Sequence record: SRR9188677_168
Direction: 5' to 3' (one strand)
Length of the DNA: 64,000 bases
Shown here: positions 30,353 through 38,154 of the stretch, one piece after another
Numbering within the stretch: position 1 is the stretch's first letter
Layout of the letters: every line of letters starts with the position of its first letter
Notes under the pieces: model-generated
What the model saw: the letters and a program-made list of their open reading frames with translations, nothing else
Databases searched by the model: none
Told to the model about the DNA's origin: nothing
Made by a program: the position numbers and the translations under genes

Positions 30353-30437
30353 GACACTTCTAGGCTTAAGTATTAGCCTATGGTGCAAAAAGCATGCCAC
30401 TGAAATATGGCAAGATTGGTCACTTTCCTGGGCTGAC

Positions 30438-31310
30438 TCAGATCTGCATCTGAATACGCATACTCAAATCAACAGCCTGAATATGCTTGGTCAGCCCGCC
30501 AATTGAAATCCGGTCAACGCCAGTTTCTGCAATCGCGCGCACTGTAGTCAGATCCACATTGCCAGACGCTTCCAGCAAGGCACGTTTCTGGGTCGTTGTG
30601 ACCGCTTTACGCAAATCATTCAGCGTAAAATTATCCAGAAGAATACTTTTCGCTCCGGCATCCAGTGCTTGTTGCAGTTCATCCAGTGTCTCGACCTCAA
30701 TCTGGATATTCTCGGTCTCGCAGATATCAAATGCGGCTTTCAGCACAGACGCGATGGAGCCTGCGGCAGTAATATGATTTTCTTTGATTAATATGCCATC
30801 GTAGAGCGCGAGTCGCTGGTTGGCACCGCCCCCTGTGAGTACTGCATATTTTTGCGCCAGCCGCAGACCGGGCAAGGTCTTGCGCGTATCCAATACCTTG
30901 GCAGGCAAATCCGCAATGAGTTCGGCATATTGCCGGGTGTGGGTAGCAACCGCAGATAATGTTTGCAGGAAGTTTAACGCCGGGCGCTCGGCACTCAGCA
31001 TGGCACGGGCATCGCCTTCTATGGCTACCAGCGTCTGATTTGGCTGCACGAGGTCGCCATCCTTAACGTACCAATTTAAGGTGATTGTCGGGTCCAACTG
31101 CATAAAACATTGCTCTACCCAGGCACATCCACAAATTACAGCCTTTTCACGACTGATGATGGTCGCTGAAGCACGTGTGCCTGAAGGAATGAGGTCCGCA
31201 GTAAGATCACCTTTGCCTATGTCTTCCTGCAAAATCGCTTTAACCTGCTCGGCAATTAACACTGCATTCAGGTAAGGTGGCAAGGTTTGGTAGATCGAAG
31301 ATTGTGTCAT
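30438..31310 (-). CDS. nadC: Nicotinate-nucleotide diphosphorylase (carboxylating)
   Basis: DTRKTLPGLR, IKENHI, EVE, LLDN, EASG; ATG 31310 preferred. Confidence 0.95.
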   Translation of the reverse strand: MTQSSIYQTLPPYLNAVLIAEQVKAILQEDIGKGDLTADLIPSGTRASATIISREKAVICGCAWVEQCFMQLDPTITLNWYVKDGDLVQPNQTLVAIEGDARAMLSAERPALNFLQTLSAVATHTRQYAELIADLPAKVLDTRKTLPGLRLAQKYAVLTGGGANQRLALYDGILIKENHITAAGSIASVLKAAFDICETENIQIEVETLDELQQALDAGAKSILLDNFTLNDLRKAVTTTQKRALLEASGNVDLTTVRAIAETGVDRISIGGLTKHIQAVDLSMRIQMQI

Positions 31311-31453
31311 GAGGGTATCTACATGATTGAAAATTATGCATGGGACAATTTTAAGCCCATGCCAAAAGCTATTATAATAAATAGCGACCCGGGACATCAG
31401 TTTTTGTGACCGGCTTTTTTTCTTAAACAGCACCTTTCATTGGCAAACACACT

Positions 31454-32077
31454 ATGCAGCTTTTATATACGGTTAACAGTCCTTATGCACGCAAGGTTCG
31501 CATCGTTGCCATCGAAAAACACATTGATCTCACATTAACTAGTGTCGTGCTGGCTGAGCCTGACTGTCCTGTCAGTCAATTCAACCCGCTGGGCAAAGTG
31601 CCGGTGCTGGTGCTGGATGATGGTGAAAGCCTTTATGACTCGCGTGTCATCGTCGAATACCTGGATCACCGTACGCCAGTGGCTCATTTGATTCCACAGG
31701 ATCATCTGGCCAAAATCAAAGTGCGTCGCTGGGAGGCCTTGGCTGATGGTGTCTGTGATGCAGCGGTTGCGGTGATGCAGGAACAGCGTAAACCTGAAGC
31801 GCAGCAAACAAGCGCCTGGATAGAGAAGCAAATGGCTAAAGTAGTCGCCGGCCTGACGGCATTAGATAACGATCTCCTCAAGAAAAAGTGGTGTGTCAAT
31901 GAAACATTCAGCCTCGCCGATATTGCCTTGGGTACCACGCTGGGTTATATCGATTTGCGTTTCAAGAGTACCCAATTAGAGGGTAAATACTGGCAGGAGA
32001 AGTTTCCTAACCTTGCCAAACATTATGGCGTGCTGGTCAAGCGCCCAAGCTTCAAACAGACCATGCCGCAACCGTAG
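31454..32077 (+). CDS. Glutathione S-transferase family protein
   Basis: SPYARKVR, NPLGKVPVL, LYDSRVI. Confidence 0.9.
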   Translation: MQLLYTVNSPYARKVRIVAIEKHIDLTLTSVVLAEPDCPVSQFNPLGKVPVLVLDDGESLYDSRVIVEYLDHRTPVAHLIPQDHLAKIKVRRWEALADGVCDAAVAVMQEQRKPEAQQTSAWIEKQMAKVVAGLTALDNDLLKKKWCVNETFSLADIALGTTLGYIDLRFKSTQLEGKYWQEKFPNLAKHYGVLVKRPSFKQTMPQP

Positions 32078-32271
32078 AAAAACAGCTTCCAGACAATAAC
32101 AGTCTTGAAGCTATTATCTTTTTTGTTGCAGTCAAGACTGCAATCACATTTAGCTAAGTTGAATTGTCATTTCAATTTAGCTGTCATTAAGCCGCTAGCC
32201 ACCGGTCACGTTAAATGTTGTAAAAAGTTCCATTGATCACTATAAGTCTTAAATTTCCCGTTGATAATACA

Positions 32272-32290
32272 AATGATAATTGTTATCATT
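32272..32290. promoter_or_regulatory. Fur box at the promoter of the orphan/PEP-CTERM unit
   Basis: AATGATAATTGTTATCATT inside the palindrome CAAATGATAATTGTTATCATTTG; TTGATA -35-like at 32261-66; identical to the box at 15240. Confidence 0.9.
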
Positions 32291-32325
32291 TGAGAATACA
32301 GTATTAATTAACGGTTAAAAACTTC

Positions 32326-32526
32326 GTGATGGATGCCAGCGTGCCACTAAAAAAAAGATTGCTTGAATTAGTCGATGAGCTAATTGCGCATGATGGTTTT
32401 GGCAGCATCAAGGTAGATATTCGTCTTTTAAAGCGCGGTCAGAAGGAAGTGATTATTGATTGCGGAAAGCAGTATCGATTTGTGGTGGATTTTCAGCCTG
32501 CTGCAGAACTAGCTGACAGCAAATAG
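32326..32526 (+). CDS. Small hypothetical protein (66 aa; helix followed by beta strands)
   Basis: First ORF after the Fur box; protein-like sequence HDGFGSIKVDIRLLKRGQKEVIIDCGKQYRFVVD; weak RBS; start 32326 or 32329. Confidence 0.7.
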   Translation: MMDASVPLKKRLLELVDELIAHDGFGSIKVDIRLLKRGQKEVIIDCGKQYRFVVDFQPAAELADSK

Positions 32527-32550
32527 CTCGCTGGTTGGTTGAATTAAATC

Positions 32551-32880
32551 GGGGATATTTCCCCAAAAGTTCCGACGGCATGGGGCCGTGGAAATGTTGA
32601 GTTGAGTAGTTCGCCCGCAAGCGCCTTCATGAGGAAGGGTCAACGGCATTATCCATGGCACCTTGTTTCTACTTGGGTTTCTACCTAGGTTTCTACGTGG
32701 TATTGCATGCTTATGTTCATAAGCATCATCTCGCCTCTGATTACATACTCAACAAGACATTAAAAGATTCGTTTATCTGCAGGACTTATGTCTTGTAGAG
32801 CAGCATATGCTGCAAACGAGCATGCCAGCTACCTCTAACTAGGAGAAGAGGGGTAGCCGGTTTAATGGGCTTGTGCCCGT
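32551..32880 (+). ncRNA. Candidate structured cis-regulatory RNA or ncRNA of unknown family
   Basis: Non-coding gap packed with stems, several with G-U pairs and nested closure (see findings); folding judged by eye. Confidence 0.5.
32665..32700 (+). repeat. 3 x 12-bp imperfect tandem repeat (GTTTCTACnTrG)
   Basis: GTTTCTACTTGG / GTTTCTACCTAG / GTTTCTACGTGG. Confidence 0.9.
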
Positions 32881-32900
32881 ATGACTATGGAGAAGAAAAA

Positions 32901-33827
32901 ATGATGAATCAACTAAGTTTCAAACCACTTTCAATCGTTGCATTGACTGCTTTCAGTCTGAATATTGGCTCGGCTTTCGCTGCGATACCTACCGGTATTC
33001 AGGATGCTATCCCTGTCGCTAAATCGCTGAATGGTACTAAAAAGGATGACGGCTGGTATAACCTGAGCGCAGCTTCTCAAACCAAAACGGTGGATGGTAC
33101 GCCGGTTACGATCGCTGGTATCCCTGGTGGTGGCTTCCCGGGTACAGCACCACTGCCTAATGTGGTCTCACAGGTTAAATCTGACACTGACAATTCAGCG
33201 ACTTTCAGAAAGGTGAGCAATGGTGCCGCAGGTGGCGCTTTCCCATCAAGTGAAAGTCTATATGCCGGCTCTTTCAGCGGTGCTTACAATTTTAACGGCG
33301 GCAAGCTGGGTGTGTTTGAAACTGCGCCTGTTGAGAATCTGGCCAACGTAGTATTTCAGGTAGAGCTTGGCGGCGCCAATGGTTATGATTTTTACCAACC
33401 TTCTGTCGGGGCTACAATTACAGCGGGCGGGGCTTCAGCCTTGTCGGTAGGTGCTTTAACCGTGACCAACTACTTCCCTACACTCAACCTGACATTTGGA
33501 GATAACACAACAACCCAGTTATCTGCCAACTGGGCTGAACTGAGCACCAAAGGCCAGAACGGTACAACAAGTGCTGGCGGTACTGAAGAGCCGATTTACA
33601 TCAACCTGTATGCATTCCAATGGGATCTGAGCGGCTACAGCAATATTTCATCGTTCAATGTGATTTTCGATGTGGTCGCTCACAGTCAAACCTACGCAGC
33701 CCGCCTGACACAGAGCGACACGTTCAATCAAGTGGTTGCGGTACCAGTGCCTGAACCAGAGTCATATGCAATGATCCTTGCGGGATTAGGCTTGATCGGC
33801 TTTGCAGCACGCCGCCGTCAGGTTTGA
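32901..33827 (+). CDS. PEP-CTERM sorting-domain surface protein 1
   Basis: Signal peptide; C-terminal VPEPESYAMILAGLGLIGFAARRRQV; ATG 32901 follows GGAG. Confidence 0.9.
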   Translation: MMNQLSFKPLSIVALTAFSLNIGSAFAAIPTGIQDAIPVAKSLNGTKKDDGWYNLSAASQTKTVDGTPVTIAGIPGGGFPGTAPLPNVVSQVKSDTDNSATFRKVSNGAAGGAFPSSESLYAGSFSGAYNFNGGKLGVFETAPVENLANVVFQVELGGANGYDFYQPSVGATITAGGASALSVGALTVTNYFPTLNLTFGDNTTTQLSANWAELSTKGQNGTTSAGGTEEPIYINLYAFQWDLSGYSNISSFNVIFDVVAHSQTYAARLTQSDTFNQVVAVPVPEPESYAMILAGLGLIGFAARRRQV

Positions 33828-34066
33828 TACAAGAGCCAACGTTGAGAGATAAAAGACCTGTTGTCATTTGAAGGTCTTTATCTCGCTCTAGGCAACCCTC
33901 CGAAAGTCGCTGGTTGCCCACATAAGCGTTAAAGGTGTTTGTCCATGCTTAACAAGCATGGAAATTAAATACTCGACGGTGTGAGTCCGTGAGGCTTATT
34001 TTGAGGTAAATGGCGTATCACCTTCAAGAGGAAGGGACTTATGCGCTGTAAGAGGAGACTTATAAA

Positions 34067-34726
34067 ATGAAATTATCAGCTTTAGCTTTGGCTTTGGGTA
34101 TGGCATTCAGTGGTTCTGCATTTGCTGCAGCGGCTACCTGGAACTCCGCAACACCATGGGGTAGCGATGCTACTGCATCTTTTGCGCAGTGGAGTGCTAT
34201 TGAATCTATCAATGACACTACTCCGGATGCCGGTTTTAGCGGTGCCACTTCTGCTTCGTTGCGTGAAACATCCGGCAACGGATTCGTGACTGGTGGCGGC
34301 CTGGGTGGCAACATCTACAGTTTTACAGGCACAACAACGTTCACCGCTACTTTGGGTGGCGGCGCGACTACGGGTTTATTTGATGTGTACCTGCGCATCG
34401 GTACCATTGGTGAGGTTGCAGGTACATCAGCAACTTTAAATGGTACTGCAGCCACTTCAGTCGTGTGGGATGGTGGTGCAGCAGGTGGTCCATTTGGTGG
34501 TGCTGCGCAAGAGGTGTACTGGAAATGGGAAGACGTTACAGCATCCAGCCTGTATACATTTAACTTCGCTGCTATTGGTCCTCACATGAGTCTGGATCAA
34601 GTGGCGCTGGCAACAGTTTCTGTGCCGACAGTCACTCCTGTACCAGAACCAGAAGCGTTCAGCATGATGGCACTGGGCCTGGGTCTGATGGCATTTGTTG
34701 CACGTCGTTCTTCCAAAAAAGCCTAA
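34067..34726 (+). CDS. PEP-CTERM sorting-domain surface protein 2
   Basis: Signal peptide; C-terminal VPEPEAFSMMALGLGLMAFVARRSSKKA; GAGGAG RBS. Confidence 0.9.
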   Translation: MKLSALALALGMAFSGSAFAAAATWNSATPWGSDATASFAQWSAIESINDTTPDAGFSGATSASLRETSGNGFVTGGGLGGNIYSFTGTTTFTATLGGGATTGLFDVYLRIGTIGEVAGTSATLNGTAATSVVWDGGAAGGPFGGAAQEVYWKWEDVTASSLYTFNFAAIGPHMSLDQVALATVSVPTVTPVPEPEAFSMMALGLGLMAFVARRSSKKA

Positions 34727-34747
34727 TTCCGGTTAGTAGCTTTCATA

Positions 34748-34777
34748 ACAAAGGGGCTTTTATAGCCCTTTTGTTTT
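34748..34777 (+). terminator. Intrinsic terminator between PEP-CTERM gene 2 and the TonB receptor
   Basis: ACAAAGGGGCT...AGCCCTTTTGT stem ending in T-rich sequence. Confidence 0.65.
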
Positions 34778-34809
34778 ACCTGAATATTAACGAATAAGTA
34801 AAACACCCC

Positions 34810-37143
34810 ATGTTGGCAAGCCTTAAATATTACTGGCAATTCACAAAAACAAAGAACATTCCAACTATGTGGCTTTGTGGTCTGGTCGTTTTAGCGACAT
34901 TGTTAATTACCAGTCCGCATGTATCAGCAGCAGAAGATGCTGCACAAGAAGAGTCGCAAACTAAAGCGGTAAACACGCTCTCGCCAGCGGTGCCTCAACA
35001 GACTGAAACGGACAAGTTAGAGACCTTACCTGAGGTATCTGTCAAAGACAAAAGAGTCATTGAAAATTCAGGCATCAACCGGACACTTCCAATTACAACT
35101 ATCACGTCTGACCAGTTACAGCGTAGTCAGCCTAGCAATATCTTTGATGCCGTGCGATCAGCTCCAGGCGTATCTATCAACGGCGGTCCCCGCCCAAGTG
35201 GTATGTCATTCAATATTCGAGGCTATGAGGACAATGAAGATGTGCTGGTCAAGGTCGATGGAGTACCTAAAGGGTTTGAGAAGTACCGGATGGGTGGCAC
35301 ATTTATTGAGCCAGAATTACTTAAAAGTATAGAGATTCAACGCGGTCCGCAAATTGCCAGCGGATCAGGCTCGTTGGGGGGAACCGTCATCGCAAATACT
35401 AAGGATGCCGAAGATTTTTTGAAGCCTGGTCAGAAATATGGCGCAAAAGTCAAATTCGGCTATGGTAATAATAGTGATGAGTATTCCCGATCCTATTTAC
35501 TGTATGCCAGGCCTGATGAGCGAGTGGATATTCTTTACAACTATTCAAACAGGACTGCCAATAACATTACATTAGGTGATAATTCCAAGCTGGCAAATTC
35601 AGCGATACAGTCAGTTTCTCATCTACTGAAATTCAGTCTTTTTCCGACTGAGGATTTGCAGTTGGTCACTTCTATAGTTAAGTTTGAGGATTCAGGACTG
35701 CAGCAATATGATGTGAATTCCGCGACGCCAGGTTTCTTTGGTAAAACTATTCGCTCCGTGGACGATTTCACATGGTCTGAAACCGTAAAGTACAATCCAG
35801 ACCATCCATGGGTGAACCTTAAAGCTATTGTAGGTGCTGGACACTCGGATGTTGAGGATTTTTTCCCGCCAGGATTCTCTGATGTGGTAAACCGGGCTCA
35901 ACCTGATTGTAACGGGATTATTTACATACCTGATCCAAGCAACACTGGAATATGCAGGGGTAATGCCACGGATACTTACAACTTCAAAACCAGGACTGTC
36001 GATATTAGTAATGAGGCGATTTTTGCCGAGAAGGGGTTTTTCAATGTCTCATTATTAACTGGTTATCAATATAATTTCAGTCATCGCGATGTGACTCGCG
36101 TTTTTGATAATGCGGTGATTAGCCCTGTCGGTGGCTTTAATCCTGCTGTCCCACCCGGAACGAAAACCTTTCATGCGATTTATATCCAGCCAAAATTTGA
36201 AATTGGCCAGGTAAGTATCATTCCTGGCTATAGGCAGGATATATATAAAGTAGAGGCAGATGGCGGCACATTAGCTTTGCTGAGACGCTTTGGTCAAGAA
36301 AGTAAAATAGAGTTCAAAGAAGAAACCTGGAGTTTAGGGTTGGCCTATGATTTTTTTGATAGAAAAAATCCAGAGAAACTGACGCTTTACAGCAATTATG
36401 GACAGGGATTCCGTCCGCCTTTGATCGATGAGTATTTCACACAAGGCCCATTTGGTTTTTGCAGATCAGCATTTATGCCGACACAGGGAAGACCTTCAGA
36501 AATTTGTGGTGATTACTACAAACCACAATTGTCCGAATCGACGGAGGCCGGCGTAAGTTATCAAACCCCACATCTGCTTGGCACCGATGTATTTTTCACC
36601 GGCAAGCTTAATTTCTTTCATATCAATACTTCAAGATTGCTCTCATCTTTAGGTGAGGATAATGGGCGTGTGACGCAGGATGGCTGGGAGCGCAGAAATG
36701 GGGTTGAGATCGAAAGCTTTGTCCAATACAAAAGCTTATATGCGCGTGCCGGATACTCTCGGATTACAGGAGAGCAGGTCACAGGTCATCTCGATTTGAT
36801 TAATACGCCACTTTTCACTGCGCCTGGTAATACCTTCAATTTGAATGTCGGCGCTGAATTAAGCAAGAGTGTCGATATCAACTTAACTTACAGGAGGGTC
36901 TCAGAGAGGGACATCATTGTCGGTGGTTCTGGGACACTCCTTAATCCCTACAGATTTGGTATCCAGGATGGATATGAATTATGGAATGCCGGTGTCCGTT
37001 GGAAGGCCAGCGAACAACTAACGTTCAGATTGATCGGGGAAAATCTGAAGAATGAGTTTTATAACCTGAATGGTTCATTCGGATCTCTTGGTTTGCCAGC
37101 GCCTGGCCGTAATGTCAAATTTCTGGTCGAGCTGACATATTAA
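34810..37143 (+). CDS. TonB-dependent receptor, heme/hemoglobin-receptor-like
   Basis: PGVSINGGPRPSGMSFNIRG plug, FIEPELLKSIEI.RGP, FRPP (FRAP-like), C-terminal PAPGRNVKF.VELTY. Confidence 0.85.
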   Translation: MLASLKYYWQFTKTKNIPTMWLCGLVVLATLLITSPHVSAAEDAAQEESQTKAVNTLSPAVPQQTETDKLETLPEVSVKDKRVIENSGINRTLPITTITSDQLQRSQPSNIFDAVRSAPGVSINGGPRPSGMSFNIRGYEDNEDVLVKVDGVPKGFEKYRMGGTFIEPELLKSIEIQRGPQIASGSGSLGGTVIANTKDAEDFLKPGQKYGAKVKFGYGNNSDEYSRSYLLYARPDERVDILYNYSNRTANNITLGDNSKLANSAIQSVSHLLKFSLFPTEDLQLVTSIVKFEDSGLQQYDVNSATPGFFGKTIRSVDDFTWSETVKYNPDHPWVNLKAIVGAGHSDVEDFFPPGFSDVVNRAQPDCNGIIYIPDPSNTGICRGNATDTYNFKTRTVDISNEAIFAEKGFFNVSLLTGYQYNFSHRDVTRVFDNAVISPVGGFNPAVPPGTKTFHAIYIQPKFEIGQVSIIPGYRQDIYKVEADGGTLALLRRFGQESKIEFKEETWSLGLAYDFFDRKNPEKLTLYSNYGQGFRPPLIDEYFTQGPFGFCRSAFMPTQGRPSEICGDYYKPQLSESTEAGVSYQTPHLLGTDVFFTGKLNFFHINTSRLLSSLGEDNGRVTQDGWERRNGVEIESFVQYKSLYARAGYSRITGEQVTGHLDLINTPLFTAPGNTFNLNVGAELSKSVDINLTYRRVSERDIIVGGSGTLLNPYRFGIQDGYELWNAGVRWKASEQLTFRLIGENLKNEFYNLNGSFGSLGLPAPGRNVKFLVELTY

Positions 37144-37159
37144 ATCCAGTTTCATAGTT

Positions 37160-37198
37160 AAAAAATAAAGCCCCAGTTACTAATGGGGCTTTTTCTTT
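37160..37198. terminator. Bidirectional terminator between the convergent Fur-boxed units
   Basis: AAAGCCCCA-gttactaa-TGGGGCTTT with an A tract upstream and a T tract downstream. Confidence 0.8.
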
Positions 37199-37203
37199 AA
37201 ATC

Positions 37204-38154
37204 TTATGGCTGTTCTTGTTTTATAGAATGCCTACGGCGTGCAGCCAAACTAATTAGTCCTAAACCCGTTACTAACATAAGAAAGTTGCCCGGTTCCGGC
37301 ACTGCGGAGACATTTACTTGCCAACCGATATCTTTAAACGCTGCGTAGTCCAGAACAGTCGGCAATTCACGTTGGCCTCTTACTGTACTTGGATCCATCA
37401 GTGTTTCCTGTGTGACGCCGTTGTAGGTGCTCGAAACACCTGGTGCCCAGTGACTACGATATTGGTCTACAGGAACCGCACTACCATAGCTTGCAACGGA
37501 TGCTGCGCCAGTGAAGTAGCCGTTATCGATTTGCGCTAGCCATGAATCTGCTTCGCCGAAACCAAGAATATGCCCTATTTCGTGTGTTGCTGTGGTGAGA
37601 AAATCCGGGCGCTCAACGGTCAAACCACCAACATCACTGCCGAAGTACCAATCGTTGGCGGCATTGAACCAGATCATGCCACCCCATACAGCATAATCCG
37701 TTGCTGCAGGACCGGTTGTATTGGCTTGTCCGCGGGTTGTCACTGAATCTACAAATGCATCAGACCCGGTGGCGATAAGGTTGTAACCAGTATCGGCGAA
37801 GCCTAATACTCCTGGTGCCGAGGAGGAGCCACCTACATAAATGCGCAATGTGTCTGAAGCGATGTTGAGGTTGTTTAAGGTGATAGGTGCACCTGCCAAG
37901 CTGGGGTGCGTCATTTGTACAGACCAGACGTCACCGGCCTGTGGTGTGATTGCCGTCAATGTATCGGTAAATGTGTTGTAAAAGGAAGCAGCTCGATCAA
38001 GGATCGCTCTACGCTCAAGAAGTGGTGTTCCCGTGACAAGGTCTGTAAAAAAGCCTCTGGTATCGTACGTGTAGTCAAATTCGATGGTAAGCGCTTGTGC
38101 TGGTATGGTGGCAAGTAACCCTACAGCTGCCGCTGATATGTGCAATTTTTTCAT
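37204..38154 (-). CDS. PEP-CTERM-anchored zinc metalloprotease (metzincin, leishmanolysin/M8-like arrangement)
   Basis: Signal peptide MKKLHISAAAVG; HEIGHILGF...SHW...TLMDP; C-terminal VPEPGNFLMLVTGLGLISLAARRR; ATGA overlap with the upstream gene. Confidence 0.82.
   Translation of the reverse strand: MKKLHISAAAVGLLATIPAQALTIEFDYTYDTRGFFTDLVTGTPLLERRAILDRAASFYNTFTDTLTAITPQAGDVWSVQMTHPSLAGAPITLNNLNIASDTLRIYVGGSSSAPGVLGFADTGYNLIATGSDAFVDSVTTRGQANTTGPAATDYAVWGGMIWFNAANDWYFGSDVGGLTVERPDFLTTATHEIGHILGFGEADSWLAQIDNGYFTGAASVASYGSAVPVDQYRSHWAPGVSSTYNGVTQETLMDPSTVRGQRELPTVLDYAAFKDIGWQVNVSAVPEPGNFLMLVTGLGLISLAARRRHSIKQEQP

Noticed and set aside
32100-32183. Overlapping inverted repeats after the GST gene (CAGTCTTGA/TCAAGACTG; AGCTAAGTTGAA/TTCAATTTAGCT)
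   Set aside because: Most simply 3'-end or terminator structures; no further evidence of a separate element
32665-32700. CRISPR mini-array (TTTCTAC resembles Cas12a repeats)
   Set aside because: 12-bp head-to-tail units with no spacers and no cas genes in the window
32551-32880. Cobalamin riboswitch (GCCCGCAA and GGAAGG fragments upstream of a TonB-receptor operon)
   Set aside because: No GCCACTG or AGYCAGRAGACC B12-box elements in the expected order, and the unit has a Fur box; a cmscan would settle it
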